Shown here one piece after another: positions 11,370-24,969 of a stretch of 64,000 nt of DNA. Source of the stretch: Chiloscyllium plagiosum (lineage: Eukaryota); contig NC_057718.1 in the NCBI RefSeq assembly GCF_004010195.1, positions 32,922,727 through 32,986,726 on the forward strand. The letters run 5' to 3'. The first letter of the stretch is position 1, and each line of letters opens with the position of its first letter. The notes beneath the pieces were generated by a model. That model made no database searches. It was not told the origin of the DNA and was given only the letters and a program-made list of their open reading frames with translations. A program made the position numbers and the translations under genes.

Positions 11370-12915
11370 TTTCTATGTTAAATGGTGCTGGCTTTTGGAC
11401 TCATTAACACTGACTGCTGACTTCTCATGGCTTCAGGTTAAACCTCTGCTGTTCACTGCCTACCATTATCCCCTCTGTTAATAGATTCAACATCGCTTGG
11501 AGAAATCCCAAAAGAAGTAGGGGCCCAGAATATACTCTGAATGGAAGATTTCAACCTCCACTACTAAGAGAAGCTTGTTAACACCATCAATAATCAAGGT
11601 GCGAGAGGCCTGATGCATTTCCTAAATTCAACAATAGAGGCAAATGTACTTGACCTTGTCTTCAATAACATAGCTGTACCAGACATGTAAAAGTCTTTGA
11701 GAAGCCAACCTCTCACAATTATGAAGGCATTTCCCTGTGTAGTATGCCACTACTGATGAGGGTTTTGGGTCCAGCAGGATATTTACCTGATGTGGCAATA
11801 TTTATTTTATCCCTTGTTACGTCAGTGCTAGACATAGGTAACTTGATATTGAAAGCTTTAACAGACATCTTACTAATATATGCAATTATTACATTCATGG
11901 ACGCATACATGTCTGGGCTAGTATTGTGCTGTCTGATCATAGAGAGCAGTATCATTTCAGCAGCATATCATGCTTCCAGTGATCCAAGATGAAGTTAGAG
12001 ACAATTATAGAGATAGTGCAACATAACAAATAACCACCATGTGCTAGTTGCAACAAATTTATTAATACAGAACTGGGTATCCATGACGCAATACCCAGAA
12101 TCCTATACGTCCTCCCCAGAGTGGGCTGGCTGATGAGGGATCTTGTGCCTGTTGCCTACCCACCTCTGTTGGTATGTTGCCAGCAATTAGGCAGGTAATA
12201 GATAACCTACTCAACCTTATGCATGAAAAGGAAAACTCTTTGGTGGGCTTGAGTCATAGCTGTTAGAAACAAGGATATTTGTTGTCTGTTATTAATCACC
12301 AAATCAAGATGTCACTGAAAGGAAATGTCTATGACCATCTCCAGTTGCTTCATCAGGGACTTTGACAATATCCCGCAACCTCCTCCCTACACACTCTTTA
12401 ACCCCATCCCTGTCTTCATGTCAGGAGTGGAGATCTTCATCTTTGCTCATGACAGCTTTAGTTAATAACTGATGCCAGACTACAGCAGGACTTGGATAAA
12501 AACAAACTTCGGGCTAACAAATGGCCAACTAATAACCATTTCCAACAAGAGACAACTCAGCCATTTGCAGTACATTCAGAATTGTTCCAGTGCAGGAGGG
12601 AACCGTTTGGTTTCCATCTCTACAGCAGCACTCCAAAATAAGCATTATGACTTAGTGCCAATGTCATAACCTTCCCCTTCTACCCCCCCCCCCCCCCAAC
12701 CCCATATCCTTGCATATTGTTTCTATTCAAATAGTTATGTAATCTCTTTATGAAAACCTTGATTGAACCTGCTTCCACAGCACTCCCAGGCACAGCATTT
12801 CAGACTTGAAGCATTATTGATTAGCAGATAAGTCATGTATAAACTAAAATAAACCTACATGATTTGTTGAATCACAGCTTGAATGGTCTTTTGTTCCAAA
12901 TCAAAATCCTATCAT

Positions 12916-13755
12916 GGCATATAGACAGGATGCAGAGCTGGGCTGAGAAATGGCAGATGGAGTTCAACTTGGATAAATGTGAAATGATGCATTTTGGAAG
13001 GTCGAACTTGAATGCTGACTATAGGATTAAAGACAGGATTCTTGGCGGTGTGGAGGAACAGAGGGACCTTGGTGTTCAAGTGCATACATCCCTCAAAGTT
13101 GCCACCCAAGTCGATAGGGTTGTTATGAAAGCATATGGTGTTTTGGCTTTCATTAACAGGGACATCAAGTTTAAGTGCCGCAGGGTTTTGCTGCAGCTCA
13201 ACAAGATCCTAGTGAGACCACGCTTGGAATATTGTGTCCAGTTCTGGTCACCCTATTATGGGAAAGATACAAAGGCTTTGGAGAGGGTGCAAAGAAGGTT
13301 TACCAGGACGCTGATTGGACCGGAGGGCTTGTCTTATGAAGAAAGGTTGACGAAGCTCTGACTTTTCTCTCTGAAGAAAAGGAGGAAGAGAGGTGACCTG
13401 ATTGAGATGTACAAGGTAATGGGAGGCATGGATAGGATCAATAGCCAGAGACTTTTCCCAGGGCAGGATTGAATGGCATGAGGGGTCATAGTTTTAAGAT
13501 ATTAGGAGGAAGGTATAGAGGAGACATTAGATTAGGTTCTTTACGCAGAGAGTTGTGAATGCATGGAATGCGTTGCCAGTGTTGGTGGTGGAAGCAGAGT
13601 CATTCAAGACAGCTAAGCGACTGATGGACATGCACATGGACAGCAGTGAATTGAGGGGTGCACAGACTAGGTTATTTTATTTTAGATTAGCAATAATCCT
13701 CGGCACAACATCCTGGGCCGAAGGGCCTGTTCTGTGCTGTACATTTCTATGTTCT
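12916..13755 (+). mobile_element. CR1 LINE, 5'-truncated (RT C-terminus and 3' UTR)
   Basis: WAEKWQMEFNLDKCEMMHFG...RPRLEYCVQFWSP...LERVQRRFTR; ttctatg tail. Confidence 0.92.
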
Positions 13756-14716
13756 ATAACATAGATCACCGTTGTTAAATTGATATTGCCATGTAAGGTG
13801 GGAATTTGTTGATGTGCAATTTGTAATGTACAGTCTTATAAATACTTTGTGTGATTATAAAAAATGAGAATAAAACTCTGTTTCTTTTTACTGTAAGTTT
13901 TTTTGATAATGTAGTTTGGGTGTCTTCCCCAGCACCTGACTTGTTTCTCTTGCCCTTTTTGTTGTTTCCATGGATTGAGCAATGATTGATTGATTAAGGG
14001 TAAATATAGTGAAGAGACGCTTCAGAAATGTTGTCAAGTCTATAAAACAAAATGCTTTTGATTGTGATATGAAGATGTTTATTTTTTGTGCAATAATCGA
14101 TTGATCCAGCTGTTTTTCATTGTATTGCTGATGTGACAATTACATATTGCCATGGAGGATAGTAATTGTCAAATTTTAACTGAAATACATTAAACTGTCA
14201 TCGATTTTATTTTGCTGCAAGTATTCTCAATACATCTGTTCTAGACCATTCAATATGAGTTTCAGAATCCAACCCTATCATCCTGACCATAGAGCCTGGG
14301 CAATGAGTAGGAAGAGGATCAAAACAGGATGAGTTACAGGATCTCTTTATGCCTTAAGCTGCTTTGGTTACTAGGAAGGGCTGTTAGAAATCTTAGGGAT
14401 ACTCAGTGGATAATCTTCTTGATTGTTTTTTTACTGCTCAGATCCAAAAGCTTGAGTTCAGACAATATAGACTGGGTGAGAAGAAGGCAAAGTCAAGAAC
14501 TAACTTCAGGCTTGGGCTTTTTTATAACACTATTCACCAAATGTGATAATCATTGCAATACATGATAGATACTAGGCTCCACTTTAACTGTGACATTTTT
14601 TCAGATACTATTCCTTGAAATCTATTGCCTAACTTTAATTGATCTATTCCACATGATTCTTGCACGTGCCTAATATACACATGGCTCAACTCAAGATTTC
14701 AACCTAGCTATCCATT

Positions 14717-15783
14717 TAGAGTCATAGAGATGGACAGCATGGAAACAGACCCTTCGGTCCAACCCTTCCATGCCGACCAGATATCCCAACCCAATCTAGT
14801 CCCACCTGCCAGCACCTGGCCCATATCTCTCCAAACCCTTCTTATTCATATACCCATCCAAATGCCTCTTAAATGTTGCAATTGTACCAACCTCCACCAC
14901 TTCCTCTGGCAGCTCATTCCATACATGTCCCACCCTCTGTGTGAAAAGGTTGCCCCTTAGGTTTCTTTTATATCTTTCCCCTCTTACCCTAAACATATGC
15001 CCTCTAGTTCTGGACTCCCCGACCCCAGGGAAAAGACTTTGCCTATTTACCCTATCCATGCCCCTCATAATTTTGTAAATCTCTATAAGGTCACCCCTCA
15101 GCCTCGGATGCTCCAGGGAAAAGAGCCCCAGCCTNNNNNNNNNNNNNNNNNNNNNNNNNNNNNNNNNNNNNNNNNNNNNNNNNNNNNNNNNNNNNNNNNN
15201 NNNNNNNNNNNNNNNNNNNNNNNNNNNNNNNNNNNNNNNNNNNNNNNNNNNNNNNNNNNNNNNNNNNNNNNNNNNNNNNNNNNNNNNNNNNNNNNNNNNN
15301 NNNNNNNNNNNNNNNNNNNNNNNNNNNNNNNNNNNNNNNNNNNNNNNNNNNNNNNNNNNNNNNNNNNNNNNNNNNNNNNNNNNNNNNNNNNNNNNNNNNN
15401 NNNNNNNNNNNNNNNNNNNNNNNNNNNNNNNNNNNNNNNNNNNNNNNNNNNNNNNNNNNNNNNNNNNNGTCTTCTACCTTTGAGCCAGTTCTGTATCCAA
15501 ATGGCTAGTTCTCCCTGTATTCCATGAGATCTATCCTTGCTAATCAGTCTCCCATGGGGAACCTTGTCGAACGCCTTACTGAAGTCATATAGATCACATC
15601 TACTGCTCTGCCCTCATCAATCTTCTTTGTTACTTCATCAAAAAACTCAATCAAGTTTGTGAGACATGATTTCCCACGCACAAAGCCATGTTGACTATCC
15701 CGAATCAGTCCCTGACTTTCCAAATATATGTACATCCTGTCCCTCAGGATTCCCTCCAACAACTTGTGCACCACTGAGGTCAG
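14717..15783 (-). mobile_element. CR1 LINE, 5'-truncated, contains gap 15135-15468
   Basis: SQHGFVRGKSCLTNLIEFF...AVDVIY; FTQRVGHVWNELP; ctctatgactct tail. Confidence 0.92.
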
Positions 15784-15789
15784 AAAGGG

Positions 15790-17370
15790 ATAAGTGGAAA
15801 TGTCCACGCATGTGGATGAAGGTAGGCTAGTTGACCTCAATAAGGCCTTTGATAAGGTTCCACATTGTAGGTTGTTGGAGAAAATGCAGATGGGATTGAG
15901 GGTGATTTAGCAGTTTGGATTAGTAACTGGCCTTCTGTAAGAAGGCTGAGTGGTGGTTGATGGAAAATATTCAGCCTAGAGTCCGCTTACACGTGGTGTG
16001 CCACAAAGAACTGTTTTGGGACCATCTGTTTTTTTAAATGATTTAGACGCAGGCATAGGTGCTAGTAAGTTTGCAGATGACACTAAAGGCAGTAGAGTAG
16101 TGGACAGTGTGGAAAAATGTTGCCAGTTGTAGGGGAACTTGGATAAACTGCACTGCTGCCTCACAGCACCAGGGACCCAGGTTCAATTCCAGCCTTGGGC
16201 GACTGTCTGTGTAGGTTTCCTTTGGGTGCTCCAGTTTCGTCCCACAATCCAAAGATGTGCAGGTCAGGTGAATTGGCCCTTCTAAATTGCCCATAGTGTT
16301 AGGTGCATTAGTCGGAGGGAAATGGGTCTGGGTGGGTTATTCGTTGGAGGGTTGGTGTGGACTTTTTGGGCCGAAGGGCCTGTTTCCACACTGTAGGGAA
16401 TCTAATCTAATTGGGCCGAGAGGTGGCAAATGGAATTCAATGAAGATAAATGTGAGGTGATTCACTTTGGGAAGAATAATAGGAAGGCAGAATACTGGGT
16501 CAATGGAAAGATTCTTGATAGTGTGGATGTGCAGAGGGGTCTTGGAGTCCATGTTCATTGATCCCTGAAAGTTACAATCCAGGTTGATAGTGCTGTTAAG
16601 AAGACATACGTAGACAAAAAGTAGAAGGCCCAGCACCAATCCTTGTGGCACTCCACTGGTCACAGGCCTCCAGACTGAAAAACAACCCTCCACCATCACC
16701 TTCTGTCTTCTACCTTTGAGCCAGTTCTGTATCCAAATGGCTAGTTCTCCCTGTATTCCATGAGATCTATCCTTGCTAATCAGTCTCCCATGGGTCTGTG
16801 TGTGTTAGATTTTATTGAGTTCCAGAGATGTAATGTCATGCTGTAACTATACAAAATGCGAGTGCGGCCGTACTTGGAATATTGTGTTTAGTTCTGGTCG
16901 CCCCATTATAGGAAGGATGTGGAAGAATTGGAAAAGGTGCAAAGGAAATTTACCAGGATATTGCCTGGTCTGAAGGGAAGCTCTTATGAGAACAGATTTG
17001 GGTCTGTTCTCATTGCAAAGAACGAGACTAAGGGATTTGATAGAGACATTAGATAGGGTAGACGGTGAAAGTCTTTTTCCGAGGATGATGACATCAGCTT
17101 GTACGAGAGGGCATAGCTACAATTTGAGGGGTGATAGATTCAAGACAGATGTCAGAGGCAGGTTCTTTACTTAGAGCGTGGTAAGGGCGTGGAATGCCCT
17201 GCCTGCCAATGTGGTTAACTCAGCCACATTAGGGAGATTTAAACAATCCTTGGATAAGCACATGGATGATGATGGGATAGTGTAGGGGGATGGGCTTAGA
17301 TCAGTTCACAGGTCGGCGCAACATCGAGGGCCCAAGGGCCTGTTCTGCGCTGTATCGTTCTATGTTCTAT
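15790..17370 (+). mobile_element. CR1 LINE with nested SINE (16151-16410) and nested opposite-strand CR1 piece (about 16612-16794)
   Basis: KAFDKVPH, GVPQ, KFADDT and WQMEFN motifs; 3' tail gttctatgttctat. Confidence 0.88.
16151..16410 (+). mobile_element. HE1-like tRNA-derived SINE, 5'-truncated
   Basis: B-box-like ggttcaattcc; body shared with 36728-37051; (taatc)n tail. Confidence 0.85.
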
Positions 17371-18109
17371 CTATATTCTAAGAGTATGAAATGCAGATGA
17401 TTTTTTTTTAATTCGAAGGGTGGGCGAGCTGGAACATTTTCTGAAAGAGAAACCTGGGGAGGTTTACAGTTAGTATAATAAAGCTGACAGTTTAATAACA
17501 CATATTAAAACATTATTCTTCAGATAATTACATAAATTACTTGCTGTGTTCTACTTATGAACATAATAAGGGTTCTTAAGCTCATACTTCATAACTTCAG
17601 TGAAAGAGCCACAGAGATCTCAGAACAAAGGAAGCAACTATTATTAATCAGAGATTTCCATGGCTCCTCCAGTGAATTATGATGGGATGTGTTTTCTCTC
17701 CTTCAAAATTCAGATATTTATAAATGTGAGTTGATTTTACACTGGTGTGTTCCAGAAGTTATAAAATGCTTGCTTTGACAATCAGCCAAAAATTTGGTAA
17801 AATTAAGAATATATAAGAAGCTTAGTAGTTTTACTTGTGGACTTCACCATTCTAATCCAACAACACAAACCTTCAGACTGAACAAATTCCAATCTAGATG
17901 TGGAAATCAACGTGCTATTTCAAGTATTTCCCCTCACCTACTCATATTATTACTGACAACGGCATGTTAACTGCTTTTTGTACTTTGGTAGAACAGGCTT
18001 TGAGCCTTCAATTTCTTGCCCTCCATTTCCTGTCCCAGAAGCGATTTCAGCAAAACAGCACTTCCCTGCAGGGTACAGGAGATTGAATATGTCATTCAAG
18101 TTCTTAAAA

Positions 18110-18605
18110 TACCTCAATGTCTCCTGGAAGCAGTTCAGAGAAGATTCACTAGAATAACTCCAGAGATGAAAGGTTTGTCTTATGAGGGAGATTGAACAGT
18201 TTAGTCCTGGGTTTGCTGGAGTTCAGGAGAATGAGAGAAGAACTAATTGAGGTATATAAGATGCTATGGGAGGTTGACAAGGTAGACAAAGGGCGGACCT
18301 TGTGGGGAAAACTACATAGTTTTAGGCTAAATGGTAGCAGATTTAAAACAGAGACAAAGAATTACTTCTCTAAAAGGTTGGAGAATCTATGGAATTCACT
18401 TCCACAGAGTTCAGTGATTACTGGAACATTGAATAAATTTAAGGAAAAAGTAGACAGACTTTTAATTAGTAATGGGCTAAATTTTTATGGGGAGTGGGTA
18501 GGAAAGTTTAGGCTTAGCAGTTCAGGTCAAGATAAGATTGGCCATGGTCATACTGAATGGCGGGGCAGGCTCAAAGGGCTGAATTGCCTCTTCCTGCTAT
18601 TAGTT
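18110..18605 (+). mobile_element. Old CR1 LINE 3' fragment
   Basis: LEAVQRRFTRI, LEFRRMREELIEVYKM and NLWNSLP motifs. Confidence 0.85.
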
Positions 18606-19325
18606 CTTAAGTATCACATCACTGGATGAGTCTTGACAACTGTAGCTATAGCCTACACATGTTTAAAACGTGGAATTAGAAAGATATTTTTAAAAGTGGA
18701 TAGGAGAGACAATAAAGGGCAGATACAGTCAAGGCTTGATTACCCAATGGATCTCATCATTATTTCTTTTGATGGCTTGATCACACGGCTTGTGTGATAC
18801 TGAGTATTGCCTAGGTTTTGAATGGCTTCCCTCAACCTTTCACCTCCTTCCTCTTTTAAGATGATACTTAAAACTTACTTCATCGAAGAAGCATCAGTCT
18901 TCTTATATCCTGGTAAAGTGTGACATTGAATTTTGTTCCAGTAAAGTACCTTGAAATATTTTACAATAATAAAGACAGCATAAACTGTAAGATGGCATTT
19001 GGCTTGCTTGTATTGAAAATTATTTAAAAACCTCATAAGAAAGTACGCTTGCAACACATCAGGCTGTGGAAAATTGACGTTATTTTTAAAAAGATTCTTA
19101 TCTGATTTATGTATTTTCAAGATTTTATAGAATGTAATCAAGAATTAGGTCATCCATGGCCCAAAGTTAGACAGGTAACAACCTCCATGTGAATTATTAG
19201 ATGACATGGACAGTTATAAATGGTAGGACTTTATAACAATTAAATAGAAAGGTACTTGTCATAATACATAAAATAAACCGCAGTTAATTGAAAACTTGCA
19301 CAATTTGGATTATTGTCAATGCATG

Positions 19326-19466
19326 AGAAAGTGAGGACTGCAGATGCTGGAGATCAGAGCTTAAAAATGTGTTGCTGGAAGAAGGGCTTATGCCTGAAAC
19401 GTTGATTCTCCTGCTCCTTTGATGCTGCCTGACCTGCTTCGCTTTTCCAGCAATACATTTTTAAGC
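19326..19466. mobile_element. 141-bp fold-back PLE terminal-repeat insertion
   Basis: 16-bp TSD ttattgtcaatgcatg (19310-19325, 19467-19482); internal inverted repeat; gaaga-agggcttatgcct-GAAAcgtt hammerhead remnant. Confidence 0.85.
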
Positions 19467-20169
19467 TTATTGTCAATGCATGTCATGTTTCTTGAATATA
19501 TTCTCAAGCTAAAATATACGCTCTTTTTATCACATGTTTTGATCTACAAAAGTTAACTTATTGGCAAAGGAGAATCATTATTGGTGGTTTCTGTCTTATT
19601 CCATTCTCTTAATGATTTTCCTGCTCAATTGTTGCACTGGTGTTATTCAATCTCTGGCACCTTACTCAGGTTTAAGTCTGAAATGTGAATGTCAGCAAGC
19701 TATTTGTTTTCAGACAAATTAGAACAAAGGTAACCAAGTTCTCTGCAAAGTCCACACATCAACTCTGGACAAAACTAATCAGAAGATGGAACACCAGCCG
19801 AAATATCCCTCTCCCCAGCCAGGCAACGATAGCCCTTGAATCCCTAGTGTGCCACTCTTAAAGTTGTAATTGCAGAAGAATAGAATCCCTGTCCAAAACT
19901 GTTGGCTGTTTTCTAAATCCCAAAGATAGTATTATTGATATAGCTGAAGAACATATATCACATCTAAAAGGATGGCTGTGTTGTGTATGTCCTAAAATGT
20001 GATTAGAATGAGAACCGACCTATTTATTCTATGTACAACTATCTGAACCTAAAACACCTTTGGCCAAATTTCTTGAGTCCCAGCAATTCCTTCCGGAATT
20101 TGAAGGGATAGAAAAAACTAAGTGGAATCCTGATCCATAGACAGATACTGTCCAAACTTCTTCTTACAC

Positions 20170-21560
20170 ATGTGAACATATGAATGAAGACCATGAGTAG
20201 GCCCTTCAGGCCCTCAAACCTGCTTGGCCATTCAATAAGATCATGATTGATCTAACTGTAAGCTTATATCCACAGTCCCGCCTACCTCTGATAAGCTTTC
20301 ACCTCTTTGCTTAACAAGAGTCTATCTATTCCTGCCTTAAAAATATCCAAGGACCATTTCAGAAAGAGAGTTCCAAAGATTCACGACCATCAGAGACAAA
20401 AAAATGCCCAAGCTTTTTTTTAAATCAATTTTAAATTTAATGATTTTTAACAGTGACCCCCTAGCTCTGGATTTTTCCATAAATGGAAACATCCTCTCCA
20501 CACCTACCCTGTCAAAATCCCTCAGGATTTTACATGTTTCACTTAAGTTGCCTCTTCCTCTTCTAAACTGCAGCAGCTACAAGCTTATCTCATCTTTTCT
20601 AATTTAATCCACCCATTTCAGTTATTAGTCCAGTAAACCTTCTCTGAACAGCCTCCAATGCCTTTATGTCCTCAAAAAATGTGCCCAGCATTGTGAACAG
20701 TACTCCAGGTGCAGTCTTGCCAATGCATAAATAACTAAATCGTTACCTCCGTTTTTGAAATCAGTTCCCCTCATGATAAATTATAATATTCTACTTGCTT
20801 TCATAATTACTTGCTGTACATGCATACTAACTTTTGCAATTCATGTGCCAAAGTACCCAGATCCCTCTGTGTCTCAGAGCTCAGCAATCTCCCATTACTG
20901 TATTTAAATATACTCTGTTTTAATTTCTTCCTGCCAAAATGGACAGTTTCCCACATCATACTATTTTTGCCATAACTTTGCCCAATCACTTAATCTACCA
21001 ATATCTTTTTGTGACCTGCTCAATCCTCTTCACAACTTATTTTTGTACCTCATTCTGTGTTGCCACAAATTTGACAACCCAATCTGTATCTTCATTTGAG
21101 TTATTTATGTGAATTATAAGGGGTTCCAGCACAATCCCTGAGGCATACCACTGTTTACAATCTGCCAATCTGAAAAAGATACATTTACACCAACTGTCCG
21201 CTTCCTGTCAACCAATACAGTATCCATACCAACATAGTACACACAACATCATGAGCTTTTAATATTTGCAATTACTTCTGACATGGTCGCAGGGAGGCAG
21301 TAGTGTATTGATAATTTCACTGGACTATTAATCTCAACTCTGCCTGATTACCTTGAACTTCCCCAACTGCCCTGCTATAATTGACTTAAACAAAGCTTTT
21401 AAAATGTTTCTTATGACAAATATTAAGCTAACTGGTATGTAGTCTCCTGTTTTTATGTACTCTTCCCTTTTTGAATGAAGGAGTTACATTTGCTATCTTC
21501 CATTCAAATGGGGCCACCTCTGAATGAAGAGAGTTTTGGAAAGTTAACGCATCTTGTCCA
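20170..21560 (-). mobile_element. Decayed CR1 LINE
   Basis: WETVHFGRKKL...QRDLGTLAHE; CR1 tail at about 20170-20260. Confidence 0.8.
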
Positions 21561-21679
21561 GAAATCATACTTTCCATTGTTTCTGAATTTTCACCAATTC
21601 CAATTGTCTCCTGGCAGGGGGATTTCCCCTGGCTAGGAAGGTAGGAGGGAGTTCTTCAACTAGGTGGTACTGCCTCTAA

Positions 21680-22612
21680 GGAAGGAGCTGGAGAGGAATT
21701 TCTTGCGTGGTGAATTTTTAGAATTTTCTAACCCAGAGGGGAGTGAAGGTTCAGTTATTGAAATGTTCAGGACTGAGGTAAATATTAAAAACATTAAGGA
21801 GTATGGAGGTAGTACAGGAAAATAGTACTGAAGTAGAAGATCAGGCATGTATGTACTGGATAGCAGAGCAGGATCAAAGAGCTGGATAGCCTACTCCTGC
21901 TCCTATTTTTTTATGCTCTTATTTGCTCCTTCTGCCACCATGGCTCAATAAAAATGGAAAATTATTATTCTAATTAGAATTGCAGTTCGACAGGGTGGTG
22001 AAGAAGGCATTTGGTATGCTTGCCTTCATTGGTCAGTGCATTGAGTACAAGAGTTGGGATGTCATGCCTTGGCTGGTCAGGGCATCGGTTAGGCTACTTG
22101 TAGAAATAGCATACAATTCTGATTGCCTTTCTTTAGGAATGATGTTGTTAAACTTGAAAGGTGCAGAAAAGGATGTTTCTGGGTCTGGAGGGTTTCAGTT
22201 ATGGGAGAGGCTGAATAGGCTGGTGCATTTTCTTCTCTGGATAGAGGAAAAGAGGCTGAGGGGTGACCTTATAGCGGTTTATAAAATCATGAGGCGACAT
22301 GGATAGGATGAATAGCCAAGGTACTTTTCCCAGGATAGAGGAGTCCGAAACTAAAGGGCATAGGTTTAAAGTGAAAGGGGAAAGATTTAAAAAGGACCTG
22401 AGGGGTAACATCTTCACACAGAGGGTGGTGCGTGTATGGAATGAGTTGCTAGACGAGGTGGTAGAGATAGGTACAATTACAACATTTAAAAGACACCTGG
22501 TTGGGTATATGAATAGGAAGGATTTAGAGAGATATGGGATAAATGCTGGCACTAGGTCAGATTGGGATGACTGATCAGCACAGAGGAGTTTCCATGCTGT
22601 ACAACTCTATGT
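21680..22612 (+). mobile_element. Two adjacent CR1 3' fragments (about 21680-21920 and 21985-22612)
   Basis: DRVVKKAFGMLAFIGQCIEYKSW; RLRGDLIAVYKIMR; FTQRVVRVWNEL. Confidence 0.85.
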
Positions 22613-23477
22613 AGATATTACGCTGCCTCCATATGCTGCATAGGAATTTTGTAGTTCCCCTCTCAATTATAATCACCAATGCCAGAAAATATACTGCACA
22701 AAATTATTGTATTTACTATGTTTACTTTTTCTAAAAAATATCACCTTTTTTACAGTAATGTTTAAATGGGTGAATGCTTCTGTCAAGTTAGAAAAATAAT
22801 TTAATCAAATGTGTTCTGTGTCCTTATGATGATGTCTCATGTTATAATCGCAAGGATTTTTCCATTATGAAATAATAAGTATAATTTATAAGTGAATTAT
22901 AATGCCCTATATAACCAAAAAGGACATAATGCCATCCTAATCGTATTAATCATGAAAAACACTTTTGTTAATAGGTGCAATATGTATATTGGTACATTTA
23001 TAAATTGGTATACATATGTTAATATTATATTTAGTTAAACAGAATGATAAATGTTTTCACAAATTTTTTTACATCACACCATCCCCAATTTCTAATTCTT
23101 TCATATTGCACACATTCAATATCCACATTAAAAAGGCACAACAGATGTATAGAAATATACAAACCCCATGCTATTAAAATAAAAACCTTTTTCATTTTAC
23201 AGTGACATGACTACAATGTATATGATGAAGCACTGCAGGATAATTGAATAACTGCAGCAGAAAGGTTATGATCTTTTAAAAATAGTTCAGCAACAAGCAG
23301 AGCATTTAGTTTATAGTGCATGACTGAACTTCTAAATCTTTATTTTATTTCATAAGAAATTTTATGTATAACTTGTCATTAAGGTCATGTTGTAAATTAT
23401 AGTGTTATTTTGAAGAAAGAATTAATTACAAAGCACCATTTGGCAATATCTTTTGAAATGGTTTACTTTATCAACAG

Positions 23478-23838
23478 GTGTCTTAGCTTAGTGGTGGCAT
23501 TTTTGCCTTTGAATCAGGAAAATTATGGTTTCCAATACCACACCAGGTAATTGAGCACATAATCTAGGCTGCTACTGAGGAAATCAGATTTGCCATCTAT
23601 TGGGTCCCTCCCACAAAAGAACTTTGTTATTCAAGCCAATATTTATCCTTCAATCAACTAATGTCTAAAACAAATAACTGGCCATTTATTATACTGCTGC
23701 TTGTGGGAGCTGACTGTGCACAAAGTTACTATTCTGTTTCTTACATACAATAGTGATTACATTCACATATACTTCATGAACTGCAGATCATGCTCTGCAT
23801 TCTTGAGGTCATGAAAGGTGCTATTATAAATGTTAGCT
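23478..23838 (+). mobile_element. Ancient tRNA-headed Deu-domain-like SINE (SacSINE1-like)
   Basis: A-box-like tagcttagtgg head, gcttgtgggagc-tgctgtgcacaaa-like core and gaggtcatgaaaggtgctattataaatg L2-type tail; related inverted copy at 50085-50500. Family name is from recall. Confidence 0.55.
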
Positions 23839-24969
23839 GTTTTAGTTAATTTTGTTGGTGAGACTATGGATTGTTGTTCTCAATACAGGTTATTGTTAAT
23901 CATGATAATCCCATTTGTTCAGAAGGGTATAGATTACATCAGAATGATAAATACTGTGTTAAACTAAATAGGATAAAGACTTTTACATTTTCTGAAAGTA
24001 TTTATACAGTAAAATAGGTTGATCTGTGTTGTTCTCTGTAATTTATAATGTTAAACCCATGGGACAAAGAAGGCAACAGTGAAAATTGTTGTTGCTGATG
24101 TCTTCTTACAAATATTTAGCTTGCTTACGTGAAATTCTTCTAACTGCGATTTTATTGGAGGCATTAACCTATTTTAGTTAAACACATTAAATAGGTTCAC
24201 TAAATCGCAGAATTAGAAGAATTGATAAAAGCAGATAGGAGGTAAAATTCACATTGGATGGGAGCACAAAACCGGTGATAACACAAAATATAGGTGATAG
24301 GATCTAGCAGATGATAAACATGGCAGGCCAAGTGACAATCTCCCCACTTTGCTTTTCCATTGACTTTACAATGAAAGCATGGTTCAGTTGTACAATTGGC
24401 TGATGATGAACCAGCATCCATCTTGAACTATCACCTGAGGCAAATTTCTCTCTCGCTTTTATGTCAACATCACCAGCTGCAATTTCTCCATCAAATGGAT
24501 TCTTTAAAATATATTCCACATAAATTACTATTGAAGCTGGATGTACAGTAAAAGCAGAACATTTCCCTTTCCAGTTTTCTCTCCGTTCCTCCCTTGAAGG
24601 CACTACATTTTATTGAGTTACATTCCTAAGGGCAACACCTATCTTCCAAAAATTCATTTAAGAAGCCTGTGTTTATGAGATGATCTAAATTGTGATTATT
24701 AGTAGGCTAGTCAACTATGGAGGTGACCCAATCAAGGCTAATTCTGCTCTTAGTGCTTCAGCTGTGATAAATGGACATTGACCAGGAGTAAAAAGCCCAG
24801 CTAACCTATCCTTTCACTAGCTTGGGGTTACATAGGACAACTGTGGTGTCCCAAGATCAATGAGATTCCTTGCATTATAAAGTTAGAAGCAGAATGTCAA
24901 TGATGATTGCTTAGTGTTTGGTAACAGTTGCAACAAAGCAGTTCATGCCTACACCCAAGTCCTCAACAA

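Noticed and set aside
24304..24603. 99-aa minus-strand ORF downstream of the GCH stop
   Set aside because: No recognisable homology; GCH already terminates at 26921; likely chance
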